Below are positions 42,369 to 54,300 of a stretch of 64,000 nt of DNA, in pieces (position 1 is the first letter of the stretch; each line of letters begins with the position of its first letter). The DNA comes from an uncultured Chloroflexia bacterium (GTDB taxonomy: Bacteria > Chloroflexota > Anaerolineae > JAAYZQ01). Both the position numbers and the translations under genes were made by a program. The stretch is taken from the NCBI GenBank assembly GCA_963700285.1, contig CAVOXA010000009.1, positions 96,001-160,000 of the forward strand, in the 5' to 3' direction. The notes below the pieces were generated by a model. It saw only the letters and a list, made by a program, of their open reading frames with translations, was not told the DNA's origin and did no database searches.

Positions 42369-44099
42369 TCAAATCCCTACCGCGGTACTCATCTTGTACG
42401 GTTCAACGCCGCTGCGCAAGGTGCCATTCTCGCGATCGACGAGTATTCCATTGGGCCGGGCAAAGTAAGAGCTGAGAAAGGTCTCTTCTCTCAGTACGAC
42501 TTCGTGCCCGACATGGCGCAGTGCCTGGATCACATCGGCAGGCAGACGCACGTCAGCGTGGAGCGGGCCTGTTTCGACGTGGATGCGTGGGGCGCTGATG
42601 GCGGCCTGCATGCCCAGGCCGTGGTCGAGCACATTGAGCATGACTTGCAGCACAGCGCTGATGACCTTGCGGCCACCAGGCGCCCCCAAGGCCATGAGTG
42701 GCCCCTGCTCATCAAAAACCAGCGCTGGCGTGGCAGCGCTCATAGAACGTTTTCCGGGTCCGATGGAGTTCACATTCCCCGGCTCAGGGTCAAACCACAT
42801 CGTGCCATTGTTGAGCAGGACGCCGGTACCGGGTACGACCACGCCTGACCCGAACAACTGGCCCAATGTGGCTGTTAGCGCGACCATGTTGCGATGGCGG
42901 TCAATGACGCTCAAGTGGGTTGTGTGTCCTTCGGGGGGCTGGCGATTCTCAGGCATCGCCGGGTTGGCAGGCCGCCCTCCCGGCTGGTGGGCCCAGGGAT
43001 CTCCGATAGGCTGGCGCAGCGGTCCGCGCTCCATTTTAATCTGGCTGCGGCGCACGGCTGCGTAGGCCTTGGACTGCAGGCCTTCCAGCGGGATCGCTGC
43101 AGCCGCTGTGTCGCCCAGATGGGTGAAGCGATCGGCGAAAGCCATGCGAAGGGTTTCGGCCACCACGTGGAGGGAGGCTGCACTGTTGAGTCCCAGCGAA
43201 GCCAGATCAAAGCCTTCCAGGATGTTCAGCGCCTCGGCCACGGTGGGACCTCCGGTGTTTTCGGGGACCATGGCCACCTGTTTGTCCCGATAGTCCACCC
43301 ACAGGGGATCTCTAACGTGGAGGCGATAACCTGCCAGATCCTGCTCGCTGAGAATTCCGCCGTGGGCCTGGATGTGACCGGCGATGGCCCTGGCGATCTC
43401 GCCTTTGTAGAAACCATCCGGCCCCTGCTCGGCGATGCGCCGCAGCGTGTTGGCCAGGTCAGATTGGCGCAGCCGGTCGGGGGTACGGTTGTCGTCGTGA
43501 TTCGCCGGGCGAAAAGGTGTGCCATCAGGGCGATAGAAGACCGACATTGTTTCGGGGAATCGTCGCAGGCGGCCCATTGCCGAAGCAGAGTTGGCAAAGA
43601 CGTACCAGTCTAGCAGGAAACCGTCGGAGGCCAAACGGATGGCCGGGGCCATCACCTGATGCAGGGACATGGTGCCAAATTCGTCCAGCAACCGGGTATA
43701 GGCGGCTACGGCTCCAGGCACTGCGGGCGTACGGTAGCCGCTCTCCGCGGCTTCATCTTTGGTCGCTCGCCAATCATAGACGCCTGAGCCCCTTGCTGGC
43801 GGTTCCACCAGCTCAAACATGTCCTCGCGGGCCGCCTGAGGGAGTACAGCGCTGCCGTCGAAGGCTGCCGTCCGGCCAGTGCCTGCATGATGGACCACGA
43901 TGTAGGCCAGGCCGCCCAAGCCGCTCATGAATGGTTCGACGACGCCGATGGCAAACGCAGTTGCGACAGCTGCATCAGCAGCGTTGCCACCCTGGCAAAG
44001 GATCTCTGCCCCTGCCTCCGCGGCCAGTGGGTGCATGGCGGTTACGATCCCACCGTCGGTCACGACTTCTGTCTTGTCGATGATTTGCTTGCTTCTCAC
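42369..44099 (-). CDS. ggt: Gamma-glutamyltransferase family Ntn hydrolase
   Basis: GGNAADAAVA, EP..SGLGG, HTTHLSVID (Thr nucleophile), FGSG, PGKR, GAPGG; GTG at 44099 after AAAGGAG. Confidence 0.9.
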   Translation of the reverse strand: MRSKQIIDKTEVVTDGGIVTAMHPLAAEAGAEILCQGGNAADAAVATAFAIGVVEPFMSGLGGLAYIVVHHAGTGRTAAFDGSAVLPQAAREDMFELVEPPARGSGVYDWRATKDEAAESGYRTPAVPGAVAAYTRLLDEFGTMSLHQVMAPAIRLASDGFLLDWYVFANSASAMGRLRRFPETMSVFYRPDGTPFRPANHDDNRTPDRLRQSDLANTLRRIAEQGPDGFYKGEIARAIAGHIQAHGGILSEQDLAGYRLHVRDPLWVDYRDKQVAMVPENTGGPTVAEALNILEGFDLASLGLNSAASLHVVAETLRMAFADRFTHLGDTAAAAIPLEGLQSKAYAAVRRSQIKMERGPLRQPIGDPWAHQPGGRPANPAMPENRQPPEGHTTHLSVIDRHRNMVALTATLGQLFGSGVVVPGTGVLLNNGTMWFDPEPGNVNSIGPGKRSMSAATPALVFDEQGPLMALGAPGGRKVISAVLQVMLNVLDHGLGMQAAISAPRIHVETGPLHADVRLPADVIQALRHVGHEVVLREETFLSSYFARPNGILVDRENGTLRSGVEPYKMSTAVGI

Positions 44100-44293
44100 G
44101 TCAGCCTCTCTCTCCTTTGAGACAATCAGCAGCTTAGATCTTGCAAAGTATGTCAGGACAATGATGATACCACAGGACCCACCGCCCACCAAATTGAGTG
44201 TGACTGACAGGCTGCCTGACCAAGTTCTTGTATTGCCCATCACGCAGGTTTTATGCCAACACTACCAACTTCTTCTATATTCTAGTTGATTGC

Positions 44294-44323
44294 TTGACAT
44301 TTTAGCCATATGTCTGGTATAAT
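44294..44323 (+). promoter_or_regulatory. sigma70 promoter of the glycosylation operon
   Basis: TTGACA-18 bp-TATAAT with extended TG; argues against the ORF-track start at 44310. Confidence 0.7.
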
Positions 44324-44423
44324 GAAGCCGCACAGACAAGCTAGCTGGTGCTGTGGTCACGGATGTCTGAGGAGGCGCTGGATTGCTGCCAGCCCAATGC
44401 AGACAGCCCAGGGAGGAAAGAAC

Positions 44424-45272
44424 ATGGGGGGGCATCAAAGGGGTACGGCTAATGCCTGGGAGATGGGGAAGGTCTTGGTTGTCATCCCCGCCTACAACGA
44501 AGAGGAATCAATACGAAGGGTTGTGGAGGGCGTAAACAAACACATCCCTCTGGCGGACGTTCTCGTCGTGGATGATGGCTCATCGGATGACACAAGCCTC
44601 CGGGTTCAAGAATCTGGCGCCGAGTTGCTTCGATTACCACGCAACTTGGGTGTTGGCGCGGCGCTAGAGGTGGCACTGCGGTATGCCGAGGATCTGGGCT
44701 ATTCTTATGCCCTGCGGGTGGACGCGGATGGGCAGCACGATCCACAAGACGCCCTTCGCCTGCTGGAGGCCGTCAGGCGAGGTGAAGCTGACGTGTTGAT
44801 CGGTTCCCGCTTCCTCGATGCTGGCTCCGCTGAGAGGCTGGGGGCACGGACGCCCAAGTGGCGGCATCAGACAACTCCGGTTCGGGCTGTGGGTATCAAG
44901 GTCTTTGCCTGGCTGGTGTCGCTCCTCATTGGCCAACAGATCTCGGATCCGACCTGTGGGCTGCGCTGCTTCAATCGCCAGGCCATGTGCTACCTCGCCC
45001 GGAACCATCCCCAGGATTACCCGGAGGTCGAGTCCATGGTCGTCCTGCACCGCGCAGGCTTTCGGCTGAAGGAATTGCCGGTGGAAATCTATCCGCGCAC
45101 TGGTGGCGTGAGTTCTATCAGTGCCTGGAAAGCGGTTTACTACGTCTTTCGGGTAATGCTGGCAGCCTCAATCGCTGCCGTAAGGAGCTTGCCAAACGGG
45201 AAACCTTTAGAGGTTGAATGGAGGCCAATGGAGCCCGAAAAGATCCCGGAGGAGGAACTCCATGTCGCCTAG
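44424..45272 (+). CDS. GT2 polyprenyl-phosphate glycosyltransferase (DPM1/PpgS-like)
   Basis: VIPAYNEE, VVDDGSSD, NLGVG.A, DADGQH, GSRF, ISDPTCG.R; GGAGG RBS. Confidence 0.9.
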   Translation: MGGHQRGTANAWEMGKVLVVIPAYNEEESIRRVVEGVNKHIPLADVLVVDDGSSDDTSLRVQESGAELLRLPRNLGVGAALEVALRYAEDLGYSYALRVDADGQHDPQDALRLLEAVRRGEADVLIGSRFLDAGSAERLGARTPKWRHQTTPVRAVGIKVFAWLVSLLIGQQISDPTCGLRCFNRQAMCYLARNHPQDYPEVESMVVLHRAGFRLKELPVEIYPRTGGVSSISAWKAVYYVFRVMLAASIAAVRSLPNGKPLEVEWRPMEPEKIPEEELHVA

Positions 45273-45717
45273 AACCCAAGTGATTGGCGTTGTCATTATC
45301 GTCCTGGCACTGGTTCTCATCATGGAATTGGTTCGTCGCCGGCGGCTGCGTACCGGGTACTCGCTGCTATGGCTGTTCACCGGCCTTGTCGTGCTGGTCC
45401 TGGCCATGTGGACAGGCTTGGTAGAGTACCTGACGCAGTTTCTAGGCGTCCGGTCTCCTGGATCGATGCTATTTGCAGCCGGTATCCTGTTTACCCTTCT
45501 TCTTCTGCTGGAGCACAGCCTTTCCCTTAGCACCCTGTGGCAAGATAACAAGTGCCTGACCCAAGAAGTAGCACTCCTGGAGTGGCGAATTCGCCAGCTT
45601 GAGGCATCCCTTGAGGGTGAGCCCGTGATTCCGCCTGCAGCCTCTCGAATGGAAGGGCAACCCGATGGTGAGGGGCTTCCCAACCTGGAGGAGGAGGTCT
45701 TTGAGCTTGCCAGGTAG
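45262..45717 (+). CDS. DUF2304 membrane protein
   Basis: ELVRRRRL...YSLLW, LGV, three TM segments, LTQEVALL coiled tail; overlaps the GT2 gene. Confidence 0.85.
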   Translation: MSPRTQVIGVVIIVLALVLIMELVRRRRLRTGYSLLWLFTGLVVLVLAMWTGLVEYLTQFLGVRSPGSMLFAAGILFTLLLLLEHSLSLSTLWQDNKCLTQEVALLEWRIRQLEASLEGEPVIPPAASRMEGQPDGEGLPNLEEEVFELAR

Positions 45718-47392
45718 CAAGGTCATGGTCATCGGGTTGGATGGGGCCACGTTTGACCTGATCGAGCCCTGGGCCCAAGCACGCCATCTACCGACCTTTC
45801 AGCGCCTCATGGCGCAGGGAGCCTATGGCTCGTTGCACAGTACGATTCCCCCCATGACCGCCCCTGCCTGGACATCCTTTATGACCGGCAAGAACCCCGG
45901 GAAGCATGGCCTCTACGACTGGATCTACCGCTGTGACGATAGCTACGGCGTTTCCCCGGTGACAGCTGCGCGCTGCCATGAGCCAACTCTCTGGTCGCTC
46001 CTGAGCAATGCAGGACGGCGGGTCTGTGTTATAAATGTACCCATGACATTCCCGCCCACGAGGGTGAACGGAGCAATGATCTCTGGCTTGCCTGCCCCTT
46101 CCACCCGAGTGACCATCACCTACCCGCCTGATCTCTTGGAGGAGATCGAGGATAAAGTCGGCGAGTATCTGCTGTATCCCGATCCTGGCCAAGCCTATTC
46201 GGACAGCGGAGTGGATGCCTTTCTGGACAACCTGTACCGTACGACCGAAACCCGCCTGCGCGTGCTGGACTACCTGCGCGCCGGGGAAGATTGGGATTTT
46301 TTGATGCTGGTTCTCAATGGTACCGACACGGTCCAGCATGCCATGTGGAAATACATGAGTGCCGATCATCCACAGCACCAACCGGGCAAGCGAGAGAAGT
46401 ATGGCGATGCCATTCTGCGCTACTTTCAGTATGTGGATCGGGTTTTGGACCGGATCGTCGCCAGTCTGGACGACAGCACCACGTTGGTCATCATGTCCGA
46501 TCATGGCTTTGGGCCCTTTCACAAGTTCATACATCTCAACAATTGGCTGCGCCATGAGGGGTGGCTTCAGATCAAGGGCAGCCCTTGGGCATCCGTCAAG
46601 TCTGGTTTATTTGGCCTGGGGCTTACACCTATGGGGGTTTACAATCTGCTTATGCGCTTGGGCATGGGGGCATTCAAGCGCGAGGTAGTGCGCGGCAGGG
46701 GCCAAGGGCTTCTGAGAAAACTGTTTCTCTCCTTCGATGATGTGGATTGGCAGCATACGGCGGCATACTCGCTGGGCAATGTCGGCCAGATCTGCCTCAA
46801 TGTCCGGGGACGTGAGCCGCAAGGCTGCGTGGAGCCTGGGAGGCAGTATGAGGCCATACGCAGTGAGATCATGGACCATCTACGCCAACTGCGGGATCCA
46901 CAGACGGGCGAGCGGGTCGTGGAAGTAGTCTATCGACGTGAGGAGGTCTACTGGGGTCAAAATGTCGAGATGGCTGCTGACATTGTCTTTATCCCGACGC
47001 GATTGGAGTATTTTGGATTCGGTGAGTACGAGTTTGGTTCCAACGAGATCATTGAGAGCGTGGAACGCGGTATTTCTGGGACCCACCGGCTCAACGGGAT
47101 GGTGCTGCTTTGGGGAGCGGCAGCTTCCGCAGGCGCACATCTCAGAGATGCCCAAATCATTGACCTGGCACCTACTATCCTGCGTATTCTGGGCGAAGCG
47201 GCGCCTGATGATATGGATGGCCAGGTATTGACGCAAGCTCTCAACTCAGAGTACGCTGGCCAGTGGCCCACTGGAGGTCCTCCAGCACCCGAGTCCACCT
47301 TTCCAGCATCCGTTGCTGTGGCCGAGTACCTGACAGATGAGGACAAGGAACTCATTGCCGATCGATTGCGCGGCCTGGGCTATGTTGGATAG
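45701..47392 (+). CDS. Alkaline-phosphatase-superfamily (NPP/phosphodiesterase-type) enzyme
   Basis: IGLDGA, STIPPMTAPAW..F.TG.NPGKHG, D.VQH, MSDHGFG, SGTH, DLAPTIL, MDG, RLRGLGY. Confidence 0.88.
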   Translation: MSLPGSKVMVIGLDGATFDLIEPWAQARHLPTFQRLMAQGAYGSLHSTIPPMTAPAWTSFMTGKNPGKHGLYDWIYRCDDSYGVSPVTAARCHEPTLWSLLSNAGRRVCVINVPMTFPPTRVNGAMISGLPAPSTRVTITYPPDLLEEIEDKVGEYLLYPDPGQAYSDSGVDAFLDNLYRTTETRLRVLDYLRAGEDWDFLMLVLNGTDTVQHAMWKYMSADHPQHQPGKREKYGDAILRYFQYVDRVLDRIVASLDDSTTLVIMSDHGFGPFHKFIHLNNWLRHEGWLQIKGSPWASVKSGLFGLGLTPMGVYNLLMRLGMGAFKREVVRGRGQGLLRKLFLSFDDVDWQHTAAYSLGNVGQICLNVRGREPQGCVEPGRQYEAIRSEIMDHLRQLRDPQTGERVVEVVYRREEVYWGQNVEMAADIVFIPTRLEYFGFGEYEFGSNEIIESVERGISGTHRLNGMVLLWGAAASAGAHLRDAQIIDLAPTILRILGEAAPDDMDGQVLTQALNSEYAGQWPTGGPPAPESTFPASVAVAEYLTDEDKELIADRLRGLGYVG

Positions 47393-47407
47393 AGGTCGCG
47401 AACCGCG

Positions 47408-48274
47408 ATGATTCATAATGGCTTCACTGTCGATTTGGAGGACTGGTTCCAGGGCCTCACCAGCACGAACCCCTACCCAGAAAAATGGGCGGACTACGAG
47501 GCGCGTCTGGAAGGCAATACGGAACGTTTGCTCGCCCTGCTGGAGCGATATGGTGTCCATGCTACTTTTTTTGTCCTGGGCCACGTAGCGGACCAGTATC
47601 CAGCGTTGATCCGCCGCATCGACGCTGCGGGTCACGAGATCGGTGTGCACGGCTACTGGCACGACATGGTTCACCGCCTCACACCTGAGCAATTCTCGCT
47701 GCAGCTGGAACGGGCGTTTGAGGCATTGGAACCCCTGGTAAGCCAGCCGATTTTGGGGCACCGCGCACCCTACTTTTCCATAAACCGGCATGCGCTCTGG
47801 GCGCTGGAGGTGCTGGCAGACAAGGGGTTCACCTACGACAGCAGTTTCTTTCCCACGCGCAATACGCTCTATGGTTATCCCGAGGCTCCCCGATTTCCCT
47901 GCCGGCTGGCAACCGCCGGCGCAGCCGGGGCTACCCGGAATGGCAATGCTAGCTCTCGTCTGGTGGAGTTCCCGGTGTCCACTGCCCGCTGGCTGGGCGT
48001 TAACTGGCCAATCGGGGGGGGCTTTTACGTTCGAGCCCTGCCCTATGCCATCATCCGTGCGGGGATCCACCAGCTCAACCATCAGGGTCAACCAGCGATC
48101 ATGTACATGCATCCCTGGGAGTTGGACGTAGGGCAGCGCTTCGACAAAGTGACATTGCGCGAGCGGGTGACCCACTACTATGGCCGGCGAGGCCTGATGA
48201 AGAAGCTAGACCAGATGTTTCAGGACTTTGCCTTTGTACCGCTGGGGCGGTTGCTTGACTTTGTGCCCGCGTGA
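47408..48274 (+). CDS. Polysaccharide deacetylase (CE4, DUF3473-type)
   Basis: TVDLEDWF, ATFFVLG, HEIGVHG..H, G.RAP.FS, YDSS, GGG.Y.R, HPWE.D. Confidence 0.9.
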   Translation: MIHNGFTVDLEDWFQGLTSTNPYPEKWADYEARLEGNTERLLALLERYGVHATFFVLGHVADQYPALIRRIDAAGHEIGVHGYWHDMVHRLTPEQFSLQLERAFEALEPLVSQPILGHRAPYFSINRHALWALEVLADKGFTYDSSFFPTRNTLYGYPEAPRFPCRLATAGAAGATRNGNASSRLVEFPVSTARWLGVNWPIGGGFYVRALPYAIIRAGIHQLNHQGQPAIMYMHPWELDVGQRFDKVTLRERVTHYYGRRGLMKKLDQMFQDFAFVPLGRLLDFVPA

Positions 48275-48313
48275 GATACCGTAGGGCAGTTCGATCGAGT
48301 CCAGGGGGACAGC

Positions 48314-51300
48314 TTGGCTAACGTGGAACGGCGAGCGATGGGCCTCGCCATGGACGTGCAGCCTGGCACGGTTGTTCCAGGCTGGGGCGCCAGCCTGGCA
48401 GGCTTGTTTATCGTGCTCAGTCTGATAGCGGCCTTTCTGGCTGTGGGCCTCGGCCTACCAGCCCATCTGCCCCTGCAAGCAGCGAGCTGGCTCACCTTCC
48501 TCGCGGTCGTGATTGCCCCCGGCTATATCCTGGGTGAGATTGTCACCTGGCGCCTTGACCTGGACCTGCTCGAGCGGCTGGCGATGGCCATGCCTCTGGG
48601 GGTGGTTGTGATGGTGGCACCGGGCCTGGTAGCGATGCTGGGACATCTGGTGATCGAAGACCTGGCAGTGGGCTGGACGCTGACGGTAGGCTGCCTGATC
48701 GCGCTGTGGTTCATCCATAGGCTGCTGCTACGCAACGATTCCCGTCGTTCCATCAGTCCGCCGTGGCGCTGGTCCGACGTTGCCATGCTCCTGCTGCTGG
48801 CTGCGGCCTTTGTCTATGTGTTTCCCACACTCTCCTTGTACAAGATGGATGGGGATGCTTATGGCGTCGCTACCTTTACCGCCGACGCACTGACGGGCCG
48901 CCCACTGAACGCCACCGAACCGATCCTGGGTACTGGCAGGAGCATGGGCACCATCCGTATGGGGATGAACCAGTTGCTGCCTGTCTTTCACTTGTGGGCC
49001 TATTTCTCTCGAGCGGACCACATAGAATTGCTGGGTACCGCCTCACGGTCAATGCTGGCATTGTGGGCAATTCTGGCGTCCTACATGCTGGGCAAGGCAG
49101 CCGGACGCGGCAGCCGGCGCGTGGGATTCCTAACGGCCTCCATCCAGATGCTCGTATACCTGGCCGCGCCCTTTGTCCGTGTGGATCATGTGAGCATCTT
49201 TTTCTTTGAGCGAACCAACGCCGACAAGTTCACCGTCACAGTCACCATGCTGCCGGTGGTTGCTGCTCTGGCGATCCGCTATGTAGGTACGGGGCGTCGG
49301 GATACGTGGATCGCGCGCGCCACGTGGCTGGCGGCTGCCCTGGCCGCCTTTGCGGTATCCAGCATTCACGCACTCATCGCCGCCATGCTAGCTCTGGCCC
49401 TAAGCGCCTTTGGTGGTCTGCACCTCCTCGTCAATCTACGACGGCGCGAGGCGTGGATCCGTGTCGGTGGGCTTGCCCTCCTGACGGTGATTGTGATGAT
49501 CATGCCGCTGATCCAGCTCTTCGAGGCGCGCAGCGGAGAGGCCATGGCTCCCACGTACCCCTCCAGCTTTCAGGGCTGGTCCATTGAGGAGAGGCTGATG
49601 CCCATTCTGCCCTCGGCCCTCTCCTCCCGCTTTCACTCTATCATACCCTCATACCAGATACCAGGCCTGGATGTGTACGGCCCCCTCCCCGATCTGGCCT
49701 ACCTGGACGCGGAACAGGTCAACACTTCCACCAATCCCTTTCTGATCTGGCGCTTTGCAGTCAACATGCGTCGACAACGCATCATCGTGTTCGACCTGGA
49801 GCGTTACATTTCGGATCCGACCCTGATCCTGGAGCCTCCCTATCTGCTTGCTTTGCTCCTTCTGCCATTCCTCTTGTGGCGGCTACGTTCCGACCCTGGC
49901 GTCCAGTTCTGCTTGAGTACCTCTTTGGCCGTGCTGTTTGTCCTATTCAACCCAATCCTGACGCCCATCCTTGGCTCGCTGGTCATGCCCTGGATCCTGT
50001 GGCGGTTTGTCTGGCTGCTGCCCTATGCGCTCATCATTGCCCTGGTGTTCGACAGGTTGTTGGCTGCCTTCGTCTGGCCTCTGACCCGCTGGCCCAGGCT
50101 CAAGCCGGTCAGAGCCGCATTGGTGGCCATTGGTTCTCTGGGCTTTGTCGTTCTTGCTGCCCTGTTTTTGCGGCAGAATGTTGCGACAAATATCGAAGAA
50201 ATACAGGCACGAGGGGCAGCCCCTTTGGTCTATGCTACCCCAGACAAAATCCTGGCTCGTCTACGACGAGAGACTGCCCGGGATGGCCCGGTCATGGTCT
50301 TGGCTGACAGCAACCTCAGCGTGACGATTCCAGCGTTCGCTGGCAATGCAGACGTGGTGGCCCATCGCATTCTTGGAACGGCCGAGATGTTTCCCGCAGA
50401 TCAGCAGGACCTGGCGCTGCAGCGTCACATCGACCAATACGAGTTCCTCAACACAGCTCTGCTAACACCCCTACACATCGAAATACTGGAGCGGTATGAC
50501 GTTCGCTATGTCGTAGTGCCTGTCGGTACAAGCCTGGAGACGCAACTGCGACTCTCGCCGCAGTGGTTCGAGTGGTTGGTAGCCGATGAGGGCTATAGCC
50601 TGTACGCTGTGCATCAGCGTCCCAGTGTCACCGAGAGTGTGCTGGGAAACGCTGCTTTTCTCGAGCGCCGCTGGGAGGCGGCGTCAACCCACTACCAAAA
50701 CGCACTTGATCAAGATGTAAGTCCTGGCGCAGCCAGTACCGCAGGCGACAGCGGGTCCGGCATGCTGGCCCTGCTGGGACAGGCCGATATTTATCGCGTC
50801 AATGGCCAATTTGACCGCGCTCTCCTGACTCTCCGGCAGGCATTGGCCCAGGCGGAAACTGGCTCCACGGCAGATGGCAGGGAGGCTCCTGCATTGCATT
50901 ACCGCATGGGGCAGGTCTACGCAGACATGGGACAGCTGGAAGGGAGCATCGAGGAGTTCGATCTGGCTCAGCGAGGAGATCCCTCAAGCTTTGCATACCA
51001 CATGGCCCTGGGCGACGCTTGCCTGAGCGCCAGGCAAAGTGAATGCGCGCAAGAGCAGTTCAGGGCTGCAGTAGAACCATTGGGTCTGGCAGACGAAGCC
51101 CAGCGCCTCATGCTGCTGGGCAGCATCTGGCAGCAAAGGGCAGATGATGGCCTGGCGCTAGCCCTCTATGAACAGGCTGCAGTGGAGAGACCTGGCGAAC
51201 AGACCCAACTTGCGCTGGCAGACATGCACCGGAACGCGGCGCAGTTTGATAGGGCTGAAGCGTTGCTCCTTGCACTGCGCCAGAGGTATCCTCTCTGGGT

Positions 51301-54300
51301 CAAGCCCGACGCACATCTGCGCATTCTCTCGGCCCTGGCCCGCCTGCGAGCGGACGAAGGGAGAGTCGATGAGGCTGTTGCCTTGTTCCAATCCATCATT
51401 GGGTTGCAGGAGCAGCTGGCACAAGATACGCGTTCTACCCGCCTTGTTCTGGCTCAGACCCTGTTGGATGCCAGCGTAGACGCTCCGGACAGCGACGCAT
51501 ATCGTTTTGACAGGGTGCGTGAGGAAATAGAGCGGGTGCTGAGCCTGCAACCCCATAGCGCCGCGGCTTACATCTTGCTCGGGAATCTGTATCGCGCCCA
51601 GTACGAGCCCAGGCTAGCCATGGAGGCATACCGGTACGCACTGCGGCTGGATCCCACAGAGGCGGCAGCGTACACCTCTCTTAGCGACCAGCACAGGCAG
51701 CAGGCAACTCCTCCCGATGAAACGCTGGCCCTCATGCAGTCGGCGGTAGCGTTCAATCCCGAGCAGGCGATCTTGGCTATCTCTCTGGCGGACCAGTTCC
51801 GGCGCATGGGCGACGTCGATATGGCCATCACCACTTACCAACGTGCCCTGGGTTGGTTCGATTTGGGAAGCGCCGCGGTGGCGCCAGGCAGCAGCAGCGG
51901 ACCACAGCCGACTGGGCGCATCCGCTCCCTATCCTATTCGCGATTGGCGGCGCTGTATGAAGACCTTGGCCAGGTAGACACCGCCATGAATTACTATCGA
52001 GCGGCTGTGACGGCCGCTCCAGAACAGGCCTGGAGTTGGGTGACCTTGGGTGATGCTCTGCGACGACGCAACCGGGCTTCTGCGGCAGAGGAAGCCTATC
52101 GCACGGCAATTCAGGAAGATCCAGCACAAGTCGACGCCTATTTACACCTGGCCAGTCTGACGAGTGACCGCGGTGATTCGTCCGGGGCCTCAGAACTGTC
52201 CGAGCAGGCTCTGCAGATCGCGCTGGATGGGTCCAATCTTGCTCAAACCTCCAGAGCTTGGCTGGCCTTGGGCAGCTACTACAGCCAGTCGCCCCAGGAA
52301 CAGATCGAATTTGGTTCCGACGGGGATTTCTTCACCGGCGATGATTCCACGAGCCCAGTCACTGCCAGAGCCATGGTGGCCTATCACCAGGCGCTGGAGG
52401 CAGAAGAGAGTGTGGCTGGTGTTCGGGCGCTGGCCAGTCTCTATCAAGACTCGGGCCAGACCGAGGAGGCCATCTCTCTGTACAAGCAGCGGATCCAGGC
52501 AGGGGAGCGTGACAGGTGGGTCCCCTCCCTGCTGGCCCAATATTACGTGGGTTTGGGTGACGCCTATCTTGACGGGCGGCAACTGGAGAAAGCGATGGCG
52601 GCCTTTGCGCAGGCTGTGGACCTGGATGGCTGGTGGTCAGGTGCGCGCTTGGCTCTGGCACGGGGCTACTCTGAGCAAGGGGACCAGAGAAGGGCGCTGG
52701 CCGAGATCCTGCGTGCCACAGAGATTTCCCCAGGGGCTGCTGAGGCGCAGCTATCGCTGGCCGGTGCCCTTGATGAGCAAGAGGACAGCGAGCAAGCACT
52801 GGCCATCTACCAGGCCACTGCGCAGGCTCATCCCGGCAGCTCGCCCGCGAACCTTGCCCTCGCACGTGCCTGGCTGGATCGCTATCACTGGGACATGGCC
52901 GAGCAGAGCTACCGCCAGGCCATGGCCATGGTACCGGGTGACACCGAAGCCTACCTGGGGCTGGCCAGCCTCTACATTCTGCGGGCGCGCGCCGATGAAG
53001 CTGAGGTCTTGCTCAACAAAGCCATGGAGATTGATCGCAGCAATCCGGAAACCTACCTTCGGCTGGGGGCCTTACTGGCGCGCCGGGCCCGCCACGCCGA
53101 GGCCCTGGATGCTTATCGGCAAGCCGTGCAGATGAGCGGGCCCTGGCAGGAACCTCGGGGCGCTGACCTGGCTCAGACTGCGATCTATGCCGGGCTGGCT
53201 GGAGTCCAGCGAGCCCTGGGTGAATTCGGGCAAGCTGAGGAGAGCCTCAAAAGGGCTGTCGAGGTGAATAAAGCCAGCACCGCGTCTGGGACTGTTGCAG
53301 CCCCTTTGCTCCAATTGGCTGGTCTGTATAGAGAACAGAATCAGCCTGACAAGGTGGAGCAGACATTGCTCCTGGCTCTGGATATGCTCCTTGATGACGC
53401 CGCAAGCGACAGCCGGGGATCTCCTTCTGGCGCCTCTCAGTCAATGCTGCGCGTTCGCCTGGCATTGGCCGAGTTCTACCAGTCCATGGCACAGAGTGAC
53501 AAAGCCTTAGAAACGCTGCACCTTGCCGTGGAAGAAAACCCGGACTCGATGGCGGCGCTGACTGGCTATGCTAGCCAACTGCGTCTCATGGGGCGCGTCG
53601 AGGAGGCCGATCTGCTCTACCTGCAGGCTCAGGATGCGGCGGAGCCCACAGGGGCGGGATACCAGGCGTTGGCAGCTGCATACCAGGCTCAGGGGCAGGA
53701 GTCAGTGGCCATGGCGCTACTGAATGAGGCCACTATCCGCGATCCCAGGGACGTGGGGGCCTGGATCCAAAAGGGCCGGCTACAAATGCAGCTTGACCAG
53801 CAGTCGGGAGAATTGGAGATTGAGAACCCATCCTCGGCTTGGGTGGCGGCATTGGAGCAGGCCACCGAACTCGAGCCAGCACAGGGCCGGACCTGGAATG
53901 CTCTGGGCAATACACTGCTGGCAGCGGTGAATGACGGTGGCGACGAAGGGGCTGGAACTGGGTACTCTGCCGGCTGGGACAGGGGGACGGCGGCGCTTAA
54001 GCAGGCTATTGCCGTTGAGCCCATGTACCTGCCGGCTTATGGCGCCCTGCTGGAGGCATACCGCGAACCATCGCCTTCGAGTTCGAGCCCGTCAATGCCT
54101 TGGCGGAGCGAACAGGCGTTGGAGATTGTAGAAATGGTCAGGCTGACAGCTCCTGGTAGCCATCTGGGTCACCTCTATGAGGCGCGCGTCCAGGAGGACC
54201 TGCAACGGTGGGCTCAGGCCCGGGAAGCCTTAAAGCTGGCCATGATCCAGGCGCCGGGCCTGCCCGAGGCCTACGTCGCGATGGGCCAGCTAGAGCAGCT

